Below are positions 8,916-17,311 of a stretch of 32,388 bases of DNA, in pieces (position 1 is the first letter of the stretch; the number at the start of each line of letters is the position of its first letter). The position numbers were made by a program, and so were the translations under genes. Source of the DNA: a virus (Duplodnaviria; Caudoviricetes). The notes under the pieces are model-generated. The model was not told the origin of the DNA. It made no database searches and saw only the letters and a list, made by a program, of their open reading frames with translations. Location: the IMG/VR virus record IMGVR_UViG_3300044820_000156, positions 1 to 32,388 of that record, one strand, 5' to 3'.

Positions 8916-10583
8916 TCACTTGGCGGACTGGTCCTTGCGGGCCGGTCGTTGGTTGGGTGTGGCCTTTGCGTCCTTGCGGTCGCGTGGCGGGTTCTTCGCG
9001 GGGTCGGACTTCTTTGGGTCCTTCGCGTCGGGATCGCTTCCGTCGCTCGACCCATCACCGCCGCTCATGTCGGGCACGGGCGCGGCTTTGTAGCGACTGG
9101 GGTAGTGCGCGGATGTCGCCGTCGGAGACAGCGGCACGAGGATGCGGGCCTGGTCTTTCGGTGTGACGACCGGATTGGGATTGTTGGGATTGAGTGGAGG
9201 CGGATCGTCGGGAGGCGCGAGCACCAGGCCGAGCTTCTCCGCGAGCACGTCGGCATCGACGGGCATGCCATTCGCCGCTGCCTTGGCCGCGAGGTCCATG
9301 ATGGTCGACGGATCGGGCTCAGCGTCGACGACGACGGTGATGGTGGGTCGCTTGTCGAAGTCGCTCGGGTAGTTGAGTCGAACGATCCAATCGACGATGT
9401 CTCGCTGGAAGGTGGACGCGAGCGCGAAGGCGTCGAAGCGCGCGAGCTGGTCGCTACCGCTCTTCGAGACAGCCGCGCGGGCCATCGAGCCGCCCTTGCC
9501 GCTCTCGGTCGTGTCGCTCTGTCCGAGGATCGCTTTGGCTTCCTCTCGATTGCAGAGGTCGATCCACTCTGAGTGCGTGATGTTGTGCGCGGACTTGACC
9601 TGATCGATGAGGATCTTGATGGAGTCAGGGATCGTCGCGCCTGCGAGAGAACCCGTCCCTAGAGCTCGGAGTGCGTTGTCCGCAGCAGAGATGTCGTTCT
9701 CATCGGCCGCGCGCGGAACGCCGTCGCTCTTGGTCGTGTAGGTCGCAGTGGCCCACGGTTTCGCGTAGCGCTCGACGAATTGGGCAGCGCCTCGAGCTCC
9801 CATGCCCTTGAGCGCCGACCACATTGCGATCTGACGACCGAGACCTTCGCGCACGGGATAATCCGCGCGGAGCTGCGGCGTGTGCGTGACGAACTTGCCG
9901 GGGTAGTCCTTGGCTCGAATGCCGAAGAGCGATTGGGAGGTCTTAGACGTCGCCCAGTTCTGGTCGTACGGGCCGACTTGGCCTTGGTCCCAGATGTGGA
10001 GTGCCCACGTCGCGGGGTCGGGGTAGTTGAGTCGGCGAGAGTGGATGAAGTGCAGCCGCGTGGGTGACCAACCATCGCTGTTGTCCCAGGCAGTCTCGCA
10101 AGCTCCGACGCCGTAATAGAGCCCTGAGAAGAGCAGTGTTGCGATCGACTGCTGCAAGTCGACGATGCGACGAAAGCGCGTGCGAACTTCATCGCAAATC
10201 TTCCGCGCTCGACGGTTGTCCTTGTCGCTCGGCGTGAACTCGATGCGGCAACCTGCGACTGTGAGCACACGTTGGTTGATCAGCGCAAAGGCTGTTGGGT
10301 CACGCTCGAGGATCTCGTTGAGCGCGTCGACGTACTCGCGGCGGTAGCCGGTGAGAGCGAGCCTGTAGACCGACGACAGGTACGTCAGCGAGAGGTTGCT
10401 GCCGACGATCGTCGGGTACTTGTCGATTAGCGGCCACGGCGCGAGAACAGCGCTCTCTTGCTTGGGCGCTTCGCCGTCGGCGAGCTTGTCTTTCGGCTGC
10501 GTCTCGCCTGGTCGCGGTCCCGGTTTGGGTGCGGGCGGACCCGAGTACTCCTTGATGCCGAGGAGGTTGTTGGGGTTTGCCAC
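8916..10583 (-). CDS. Portal protein, DUF935/Mu gp29-like
   Basis: GTG 10583 with GGGAG RBS. Motifs ILERDP...A....R...V, GLYYG....E..W, KFVTH, GLGR, FVERYAKP and CNREEAKAILGQ..TT. Follows TerL. Confidence 0.9.
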   Translation of the reverse strand: MANPNNLLGIKEYSGPPAPKPGPRPGETQPKDKLADGEAPKQESAVLAPWPLIDKYPTIVGSNLSLTYLSSVYRLALTGYRREYVDALNEILERDPTAFALINQRVLTVAGCRIEFTPSDKDNRRARKICDEVRTRFRRIVDLQQSIATLLFSGLYYGVGACETAWDNSDGWSPTRLHFIHSRRLNYPDPATWALHIWDQGQVGPYDQNWATSKTSQSLFGIRAKDYPGKFVTHTPQLRADYPVREGLGRQIAMWSALKGMGARGAAQFVERYAKPWATATYTTKSDGVPRAADENDISAADNALRALGTGSLAGATIPDSIKILIDQVKSAHNITHSEWIDLCNREEAKAILGQSDTTESGKGGSMARAAVSKSGSDQLARFDAFALASTFQRDIVDWIVRLNYPSDFDKRPTITVVVDAEPDPSTIMDLAAKAAANGMPVDADVLAEKLGLVLAPPDDPPPLNPNNPNPVVTPKDQARILVPLSPTATSAHYPSRYKAAPVPDMSGGDGSSDGSDPDAKDPKKSDPAKNPPRDRKDAKATPNQRPARKDQSAK

Positions 10584-10624
10584 GGCGGTTTGCTCCCGCC
10601 GCGTTGGCGGCAATCAGTCGGGGT

Positions 10625-12070
10625 TCATTCGAATCCCGTGCTCAGCGAATCGAGGTCGACGGTGCGTGGCGAACCAACGCGTTTTGCGCTGACTCCAGGT
10701 CGAAGGTCGGACTCGACCATCAGCTCGAGCAGTCCGTAGACCGTTGCGTCGAGTCGATCGGGGGACTTCATCTTCACACCAGGCTCCCAGCTGCATTGCT
10801 GGTCCTCGAGCTTCGCGAGCGTGCCGACGTGGTGCACGCGGCCTTGCTCGTAGAGCGACGCGACGGGCTCAGCGCGCAACTCTTTCCCGCGGTACGCGTG
10901 AATGCCTTTGAAGGAGATGTTGGGGTCGATGGACCGGATGGTTCGCTCGACCATCTCGCCGTTGAGATTCATCTCGGCGATCACGCGGTCTGCGCGGTAG
11001 TTTCGGTACGCGTCTACGACGATTCGACTCCACTCGCCGAGAGAGAATCGACCCGAGAGGTCGTCGAGCACATAGCCGTGGCCTTGGCGATCGATGCCGA
11101 CAACAATGATGCCGGTCTCGTCTGCTGTCTCCCGGGTGGAGAACGCGGGGTCGACTGCGACAACGACGCGCCAGATGCCGCGCGCTGCGATGAAGGCTTG
11201 GAGGAACTGCTTCTTGAGTTCCTCTTTGGTCGGGATGATGCGCAGCGCATCGATCTGCGACCGCTTGAACAGTGCTCCCGGCGCGTCGTCGAGGACGTCG
11301 CCGTCGAGCTCTTGTCGCCCGAGTCGGGTGCCGCCGTAGATCCGCTGGAGATCCTCGATGTACGTTGGTGCGAGGTTCGCTGCGTTGTCGAGTGTGCGGC
11401 CGCGCGTGATGAAGCTGCGCGGATCCGAGAGGAGTTCTTTGATTTCGACGGTGGGCCGCGGCGTTGTCGTGATGATTGTCCGCGGGACCAGCTTGCTCTG
11501 GACCGAGCGCATGACGAAGCGGACCTGCGCGAGCGCCGAACCGTGCTCGACTCCCTTGCCTGCGAACTTCCACGACGCGAGCTCGTCGAGCCAGGCCGTG
11601 TCGATGTTGTTGCCGCGGATGCTGTTGGGGACGTCTGCGCTGAAGGTTGTTGCTGTCGCTCCGGAGGGCCACGTGATGCGGCTCTTGCCCGGCTCGTAGA
11701 TGGGTTTGTTCCAGGGAGGGGAGATCGCGAGGATCCCGCTCTCGCCCTCGATCATGACGTCGCGAACTTCTTTCGCTGTCCGACCGACGATGATGATGCG
11801 ACGTGCTCCGAGCTGCACGCGATGGCGGAGCCACTCCGCGCCCGCTCGAGTCTTGCCGAACCCGCGACCCGCGAGAATCGTCCAAGTCGTCCAGCTTCCG
11901 ATCGGTTCGAGCTGCTCTGCGCGTGCCCAGAACGGCCACACGAACGCGAGCGCGCACCGTTCGATCGGAGTGAGCTTACGAAGGGTTGCTGCTCTTTCCG
12001 AGTCGGGCAGCGATGCCAGCCAAGTCGCTAGAGAGCCTTCGCTCGGCTTCGGCGAGAGCGCTGGCGTCAT
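10625..12070 (-). CDS. terL: Terminase large subunit
   Basis: WPFWARAEQL, ILAGRGFGKTRAGAEW (Walker A), AWLDELASW (Walker B), TTTP, LGRQELDG, VVAVDPA...DETGI and SPDRLDA (nuclease). Confidence 0.95.
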   Translation of the reverse strand: MTPALSPKPSEGSLATWLASLPDSERAATLRKLTPIERCALAFVWPFWARAEQLEPIGSWTTWTILAGRGFGKTRAGAEWLRHRVQLGARRIIIVGRTAKEVRDVMIEGESGILAISPPWNKPIYEPGKSRITWPSGATATTFSADVPNSIRGNNIDTAWLDELASWKFAGKGVEHGSALAQVRFVMRSVQSKLVPRTIITTTPRPTVEIKELLSDPRSFITRGRTLDNAANLAPTYIEDLQRIYGGTRLGRQELDGDVLDDAPGALFKRSQIDALRIIPTKEELKKQFLQAFIAARGIWRVVVAVDPAFSTRETADETGIIVVGIDRQGHGYVLDDLSGRFSLGEWSRIVVDAYRNYRADRVIAEMNLNGEMVERTIRSIDPNISFKGIHAYRGKELRAEPVASLYEQGRVHHVGTLAKLEDQQCSWEPGVKMKSPDRLDATVYGLLELMVESDLRPGVSAKRVGSPRTVDLDSLSTGFE

Positions 12071-12479
12071 CTGGCTCGTCCACTCCCGCTGCCTTCAGCT
12101 TGGCTTCGGTCGCCTTGATCGCGGCAGCGGCGACCTTGGGATACGCCTCCGCAGCACTGAGGTCCTTGAGCGCGCCGTCGTCACCGAGTGCGGCGTTCCG
12201 CACGGCGATCGCGACCTTCATCGCGTCGATGGCGATGTTGTCGAGTCGGCGAACGTCCGCGGTGACGGTCTTGGAGAGCTCCTCGCGCGCGACACCTCGC
12301 GAGACCTCAGCCCGTTCCGCTCGTCGTTCGCTCAGCCACCGTGCCACTGCGACGTGACCGATTTGGAGGCCGTGCTTCGTGGTGAGGGCCGCTGCGATTT
12401 CTCGCGTGCTCTTGCCCTCTCCCGCCAATTGGATGATGTCCGCTTCGTGCGGCTCGCGGATTTTGCCGGGTCGGGCCAT
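11976..12479 (-). CDS. terS: Terminase small subunit
   Basis: N-terminal HTH (GEGKSTREIAAAL...GHVAVARWL) plus helical body, immediately upstream of and overlapping terL. Confidence 0.7.
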   Translation of the reverse strand: MARPGKIREPHEADIIQLAGEGKSTREIAAALTTKHGLQIGHVAVARWLSERRAERAEVSRGVAREELSKTVTADVRRLDNIAIDAMKVAIAVRNAALGDDGALKDLSAAEAYPKVAAAAIKATEAKLKAAGVDEPDDASALAEAERRLSSDLAGIAARLGKSSNPS

Positions 12480-12557
12480 CTGTTCCGTCCAATCGGACCA
12501 CGTATCGAAACGCGTTCTGCTCCCGCGATCGTCGCTGGGCGCCCCTAGAAGATATGG

Positions 12558-12956
12558 CTAACCGTGTCCTGATGTGACTCGTGTTGTCCCGTTTCGTACT
12601 TCGCTTCGGAGGTCTCGCACGTTCGCGGCGACCGCAAGAACTTGCCGTCGCGTCTCTTTCGTTGCGACCTCGCAATTTTCCACGCGTGTCGCGAGTGATT
12701 CCACCTCGGCGCGTTCCACGTAGCGGACCGAGAAGAGCCCCGGATGTGCCGCGCGAAGGCGCTCGCGGTTGATGAGCACTCGACGCAGCTTCACCGTCGG
12801 TCCGGGCACACGTGTGTACCAATCGCCCCCCATGGCCGCGTGGAGACGAAACAGCAGGCGCGCGACCGTGCGCTTGGGTCGACCGAACTCCATGGCAAGC
12901 TCGGCGATGGTGCTCATGTGTGCCGCTCTCGGGATTCTCCCTCTGGGTTTCGTCAT
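12558..12956 (-). CDS. HTH/coiled-coil DNA-binding protein, candidate late regulator
   Basis: STIAELAMEFGRPKRTVARLL HTH-like segment and C-terminal heptads. Last gene before terS. Confidence 0.5.
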   Translation of the reverse strand: MTKPRGRIPRAAHMSTIAELAMEFGRPKRTVARLLFRLHAAMGGDWYTRVPGPTVKLRRVLINRERLRAAHPGLFSVRYVERAEVESLATRVENCEVATKETRRQVLAVAANVRDLRSEVRNGTTRVTSGHG

Positions 12957-13552
12957 GACCGACCTCTGAGGTATGCGTAAAGCTCCTCTCGACGTACGCG
13001 TGCCGCTTCTCGTGCAACCTGCTCTCGCGTCTGTCGAAGCGCCTCGTACTCAGCGAGGCTGCGTGTCCACGCGTCTGCGGCCTCGTCGCGCACGTTGACT
13101 AGACGCGCCGCGCTCTTGGCAGTCTTGGCGAAGTTGTCGAGCATCTCTATCAGACGGGCTGAACTAGGCTCTTCGTTGTCGCTGACGTAGCGCACGAAGA
13201 GCTCGCGTGCGGCCGGCATGTTCACGGCGACCGCGACGAGGCATCGCTCACGCCGGCGGAGCGAGAACACGCTCCGGAGCTGTGGCGTCCACACGTTCGA
13301 CGACGCGAACGCGGCCTCGGTGACCGCGAACGCCCATGGAGGGAGCTTCGCGACCGTCGGTGTGACGACCTGCTCGAGGGAGAGCTCTTCGCGGTAGCGC
13401 AGCGTGCGCTTGGCGAGGTGGAGACCATCAATGCGGGCTTCGTCCCACACGCCTCCGCCCGAGGAGTCGTATTTCTGCGCTCCCATTCCGAGCGCGCTCG
13501 CACGTCGCCCGAAGAACCAGCCGAGCTCCGCTTCTGCCTTGTCGCAGTCCAT
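12953..13552 (-). CDS. Hypothetical protein (late-activator/antiterminator position)
   Basis: 199 aa with GGAGAAGG RBS and ATGA coupling to the next gene. Function inferred only from position. Confidence 0.55.
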   Translation of the reverse strand: MDCDKAEAELGWFFGRRASALGMGAQKYDSSGGGVWDEARIDGLHLAKRTLRYREELSLEQVVTPTVAKLPPWAFAVTEAAFASSNVWTPQLRSVFSLRRRERCLVAVAVNMPAARELFVRYVSDNEEPSSARLIEMLDNFAKTAKSAARLVNVRDEAADAWTRSLAEYEALRQTREQVAREAARVRREELYAYLRGRS

Positions 13553-13589
13553 GTGCCTTCTCCTGGAACGGGACCAGCCCGTTCTGATC

Positions 13590-13850
13590 TCAGACGCGTT
13601 CGACGATTTGGATGCCGTGTGCGGTGCCGACTTGAACGCCGCGGACGAAGATGGGGAACTTGCCGATCATGCCAGGCTGCGTCTTGCGCGCCTTCATGAT
13701 CGTGTCCGCAGTCGCGCGGCGACGTTTGACGTTGTGACGGATGCGTTGGTGCATCCGCAGGCCGTAGAGCGTCGAGTAGCGCTTTCGGTTGAAGTGAGCG
13801 CAGAGGAAGCACTCGTGCAGGCCAGTCCAATCGGAGGTGTGGTGGCTCAT
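13590..13850 (-). CDS. Small basic C2H2 zinc-finger protein
   Basis: HECFLCAHFNRKRYSTLYGLRMHQRIRH; start coupled by ATGA overlap. Confidence 0.6.
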   Translation of the reverse strand: MSHHTSDWTGLHECFLCAHFNRKRYSTLYGLRMHQRIRHNVKRRRATADTIMKARKTQPGMIGKFPIFVRGVQVGTAHGIQIVERV

Positions 13851-14050
13851 GCTTCGACCTTTGTGATCACGTGATCGAACGCCTTGTTCCCTGCACGCAG
13901 GTCTCCATTTGCCACACGGCTAACATCGACAGCTGCGTCGCACTTCGGACACACGAGCATTCCTCGCGGTCCGCGCGACTCTTTCCACTCCATCTCCGTG
14001 CGAGCGTGCACGTAGTACTTCGGTCCACTACAAATGAGGACGCTGTTCAC
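13847..14050 (-). CDS. Small Cys/His protein
   Basis: GTG 14050 overlaps the upstream TGA. Reads MNSVLICSGPKYYVH...VCPKC. Confidence 0.5.
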   Translation of the reverse strand: MNSVLICSGPKYYVHARTEMEWKESRGPRGMLVCPKCDAAVDVSRVANGDLRAGNKAFDHVITKVEA

Positions 14051-14574
14051 GGCTTTCGCTCCCAGCCCATGACTTCGGCCGCGTCGCACTCGACCTTGTG
14101 TGGAGTCGTCGCTTTGTCCTCGTCCTTGACGTTCACGTCTCCGATGCCCAACGCGCCGCACCACGGGCAGACGTGGCCGTAGCCGTCGGCGTACGGCCAC
14201 TCCGCGTCCGCGATGATCTCTCGCTGCTTCGTACTCGCCGCTTCTGCCAACTCCGCACGCACGCGCAGGTCGTTGATCGATTGGTGTGCTTCGGCGAGCT
14301 CCGCTTGCAGCGCGGAGACCATGTCGTTGGACAGCTTGAGGGCTTGCTCGATGTCGTTGGGCATGGGTCCGATGTTAGGTGATCCGAAGTCTTCGGGCTC
14401 GTAGACACCGGTCAGCCAGTTCAGACGGCGTTGGCGCACTTCGAATCGCTTCGTCTTGCGGTCGTATGTCGTCTCGAAAACGGTGTTCGCGCCATCGCGA
14501 CCAGGGAACTCCTCGCAGAGTTGCTTCAGCCGCTCGCCGAGAGCCCGCATTATGACTTCGGGCTCGACGCTCAC
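14047..14574 (-). CDS. Hypothetical coiled-coil protein with C-terminal CPWC...H...C site
   Basis: 175 aa with coupled start and stop overlaps. Confidence 0.55.
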   Translation of the reverse strand: MSVEPEVIMRALGERLKQLCEEFPGRDGANTVFETTYDRKTKRFEVRQRRLNWLTGVYEPEDFGSPNIGPMPNDIEQALKLSNDMVSALQAELAEAHQSINDLRVRAELAEAASTKQREIIADAEWPYADGYGHVCPWCGALGIGDVNVKDEDKATTPHKVECDAAEVMGWERKP

Positions 14575-14777
14575 GGCTTCGACTTCTTCACGAGGTCACC
14601 GAGACACAGCTTCTCCGCGAGCCCATCGATGCACTTCTTCTGCAGCTCGACGGCCTCTTGGAGCAGGCGTCCTTGTCGACTGAGCGCTCCGACAAGCTCG
14701 ATGCTCACTGGTGGACAGACGTGCTGGTACTGCGAGTTCAACGCGCCGTCGCACTTGGGGCAGTGGCTGGCGTTCAT
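14571..14777 (-). CDS. Small CPKC protein
   Basis: 68 aa with coupled overlaps at both ends. Confidence 0.5.
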   Translation of the reverse strand: MNASHCPKCDGALNSQYQHVCPPVSIELVGALSRQGRLLQEAVELQKKCIDGLAEKLCLGDLVKKSKP

Positions 14778-14971
14778 TTGTGTCCGCCGAATTCTCTAGC
14801 GGCCGCCATTCCAGGATTGGTGTGTTCTAGTTGCGCTGCTCCTTTGTTCCATCTCGCAAGTCCAGCTTGAATCAGTTCATCGCCAGTGGAGCCGACTCTG
14901 GGTGAGGTGAGTTGTCCCTTTCTTGGGAGCACGACGAGTAGATCCCTGGCGGCAGTTGACACTTCGATCAT
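14774..14971 (-). CDS. Small hypothetical protein
   Basis: ATG 14971 overlaps the ATPase stop (ATGA). Reads MIEVSTAARDLL..., 65 aa. Confidence 0.45.
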   Translation of the reverse strand: MIEVSTAARDLLVVLPRKGQLTSPRVGSTGDELIQAGLARWNKGAAQLEHTNPGMAAAREFGGHK

Positions 14972-16452
14972 TTGGCTCGCTCGACTTTCTCCACGCCTTC
15001 GAGCGTGGCAACCCACTCTCGCAGCACGTCTACGTGGTCCATCTTCCGCTGCTCTTCGTACGTCTCGACGATCGCCGCGTGCATGTCGCCGTTCGCGAGT
15101 TGTCCGACCGGCAACCCATCGAGGATGAGAGTGCCCTTCTGCGACTTGGTCGCTGCGATCGAACGTCGAATCGCTTTCTGCGTCGCGCGCTGGACGATGC
15201 CGACGATCATCGCTCCGCTCACGACCGCGTCGAGCGACAACCGGTGACGATTCCCGTCCTTGGTCGTCGCCAAGAACAGCGGATACTTCGCCGGCAAGAA
15301 GAGTTCTTCTGCGGCCTCGGTCGCGAGCTCGTCCATCGCCGTCTTGCCACCGCGACCCTTGAGCGCGCGATAGAAGATGGCCTCGGCCTCAAGCTCGTTC
15401 GGTTGCTTCACGTGCACGCGTGCGTCGATGCGACCGTCTCGGATTACTGCAGGGTCGAGCGTGTCAGGTCGATTCGTTGCCAAGATCACGAACGCTCCGC
15501 TCTCGAACATCCCGTCCATCTCCGCGAGGAACTGCGGCACGAGCGTCCGCTCCATACCCTCCCAACGCGTCTCGCCACGCTTGCCGAGTAGAGCGTCTGC
15601 CTCGTCGATGAAGATGATCGCTGGATAGCCCGTTCTGGCCTTGTACTCACGGGCTTGCGCGAAGAGCGACCGCACCGCTGCCTCGCTCTCGCCGACGAAC
15701 TTATTGAGCACGTCAGGTCCCTTGCAGTAGATGAATCCGCCCGCGCGTGCCGACGCTCCGTGGATGAGCGCAAGAGCGGTCGCAGCCGCCTTGCCGAGCA
15801 TCGTCTTGCCGTTACCGGGCGGTCCATGGAGCAGCACGCCCTTCGGCGCTCGCTGCCCGAACTTCTCGTAGAGTTCTTTGTGCGTGTGCGGATGTTCGAT
15901 CGCTTCGATGAGCGCGCGCTTCGCCTCTTCGAGACCTCCGATGTCGTCCCAGCAGACGCCGGTCTCCTCGACGACCGTGCGCGACGTGTCGCCGCTGCCG
16001 AGGTTCTTCACGATCGCGTTGCCAGTGAAGTCGAGCACCACGCGGTCGCCTGGCTTCGGCGCAGGTGCACGATACGCGACCACCTTGGTCGATCCAGGCA
16101 CCTCGATCTCCGCAGTTGCGTCGTCGACGATCTGCTTGACGACTACGACCGAACCCACGGCAATCGGCGGATCGAGGATGCCGACGATCTGCTTCGAGTT
16201 CCCATGCAGACGCACGGTCTGTCCGCGCTCGACGGTGTGGTGAGTCGGTTTGCGCAGCTCCGCGACCTGCGAGCCCGTGTGCACCACGACGTTCTTCTCC
16301 GTGATACCGATCACCACGGCGAAGAGCGCGGGGGTGTCGTTCATCTCCTCGACGCGCGCCTTGAGAAAGCGTACCTCGGCCTCGAGCTGCTGCTCGCGCG
16401 TGCCGTGGAACGCTGGGAAGCCCCAGCTCGGTCCTGTCGTGGTGCTGTTCAC
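14968..16452 (-). CDS. Proteasome-type AAA+ ATPase, ARC/Mpa-like
   Basis: Short N-terminal coiled coil and two OB-like segments (VERGQTVRL, PKPGDRVVLD). AAA motifs: WDDIGGLEE, GVLLHGPPGNGKT, KGPDVLNKFVGESE, IIFIDEAD, TLVPQFLAEMDG, ATNRPDTLDPAVIRDGRID, SGAMIVGIVQRA. Confidence 0.85.
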   Translation of the reverse strand: MNSTTTGPSWGFPAFHGTREQQLEAEVRFLKARVEEMNDTPALFAVVIGITEKNVVVHTGSQVAELRKPTHHTVERGQTVRLHGNSKQIVGILDPPIAVGSVVVVKQIVDDATAEIEVPGSTKVVAYRAPAPKPGDRVVLDFTGNAIVKNLGSGDTSRTVVEETGVCWDDIGGLEEAKRALIEAIEHPHTHKELYEKFGQRAPKGVLLHGPPGNGKTMLGKAAATALALIHGASARAGGFIYCKGPDVLNKFVGESEAAVRSLFAQAREYKARTGYPAIIFIDEADALLGKRGETRWEGMERTLVPQFLAEMDGMFESGAFVILATNRPDTLDPAVIRDGRIDARVHVKQPNELEAEAIFYRALKGRGGKTAMDELATEAAEELFLPAKYPLFLATTKDGNRHRLSLDAVVSGAMIVGIVQRATQKAIRRSIAATKSQKGTLILDGLPVGQLANGDMHAAIVETYEEQRKMDHVDVLREWVATLEGVEKVERAK

Positions 16453-16655
16453 TTGGCGATCCTCGCGCGCACGGCAGCGTCCTTGCTCTCGAGCAGCTTG
16501 CGCAGCGCGACCGTTCGCTCGGCGTTGCGTGGCAGTGTCTGCACCACGTGCTGCGCGAGCTCGGCGTAGACCTTCGACACGCTCTGCAAGTGGTCGGGCA
16601 GGTGCTCGAACGTGAAGAATTGCAAGATGGGCTCGGGTTGTGCGACGTCGTTCAT
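16449..16655 (-). CDS. Conserved small phage helical-hairpin protein (possible Acb2/Tad1-like hairpin)
   Basis: ILQFF.FEHLP.HLQ.VSK...ELA...V..LP.NAERTVALRKLLESKDAAVRA, a family I recognise as widespread in phages. Strong AGGAGG RBS. Confidence 0.7.
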   Translation of the reverse strand: MNDVAQPEPILQFFTFEHLPDHLQSVSKVYAELAQHVVQTLPRNAERTVALRKLLESKDAAVRARIAK

Positions 16656-16664
16656 GGTGTCCTC

Positions 16665-16889
16665 CTAGTTGGCAGTCTTGTTGGTCTCTTGGCGCCGTGA
16701 TGCTCCGTGACGACGAGCGCGCATGGTGCCGAGGTGGTCGATGATTCCCATCAACGCGACACCCACGACGTTCGGCACCACGCGCGACACGACCACCCAG
16801 CCGTTCATCGCGATCGTCGCGTGATACGTGCCGTCGTCGAGCGCTGCAAAGGTCGCTTGCACCGCTGAGATGTCGAGTGCGGACTTCAT
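16665..16889 (-). CDS. Small hypothetical protein
   Basis: ATG 16889 overlaps the rusA stop. Reads MKSALDISAVQATF..., 74 aa. Confidence 0.5.
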   Translation of the reverse strand: MKSALDISAVQATFAALDDGTYHATIAMNGWVVVSRVVPNVVGVALMGIIDHLGTMRARRHGASRRQETNKTAN

Positions 16890-17311
16890 CGTTGCCTTCC
16901 CTTCGCTGGTCCCTTGACCTTCGCGGCGTCGATCACGCCTTCGAGCTTCCGAACCCAAACGATCGCGTGCGGGTTGTCGCGATCGAGCTCCATCTCGACG
17001 TGCGCTTTCAGCAGCTGGCGATCGTCGTGCCACACGCGTTTGCACTTGGTGATCCCGTCCTCGATGCCCTTGAGGAAGTTGCTCGCGTCTCCACGGAGCG
17101 CAGCGCGAAACACGTGGACCTCGATCGCGAGCGGGGTGTTCTTGTCGGGCACCGTCCAACCCTGCTTCGCTGCTGCTGCGAGAGCGCACCAGCCGACGCG
17201 CTGCATGTAGTGGTCGGAGTCGGTCGGCGTGTAGTGATGGCCTGCTCCCGAACGCGCTCGGGCAAGCGGAACGGGAACGCCGGGGACCTCGAAGCGGAGT
17301 TCGTTGGTCAT
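16886..17311 (-). CDS. rusA: RusA-family Holliday junction resolvase
   Basis: FEVPGVPVP.ARAR, YTP, GDASNFLKGIEDGI and VWHDDRQL catalytic motifs. Confidence 0.85.
   Translation of the reverse strand: MTNELRFEVPGVPVPLARARSGAGHHYTPTDSDHYMQRVGWCALAAAAKQGWTVPDKNTPLAIEVHVFRAALRGDASNFLKGIEDGITKCKRVWHDDRQLLKAHVEMELDRDNPHAIVWVRKLEGVIDAAKVKGPAKGRQR

Noticed and set aside
10625-12070. Gene transfer agent
   Set aside because: TerL is GTA-like in motif, but the element has its own repressor switch, replication and recombination genes and a contractile tail.
14968-16452. FtsH or Cdc48 assignment for the AAA protein
   Set aside because: It has no transmembrane helices, no HExxH protease domain and only one AAA module. 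The N-domain and motifs fit ARC/PAN better.
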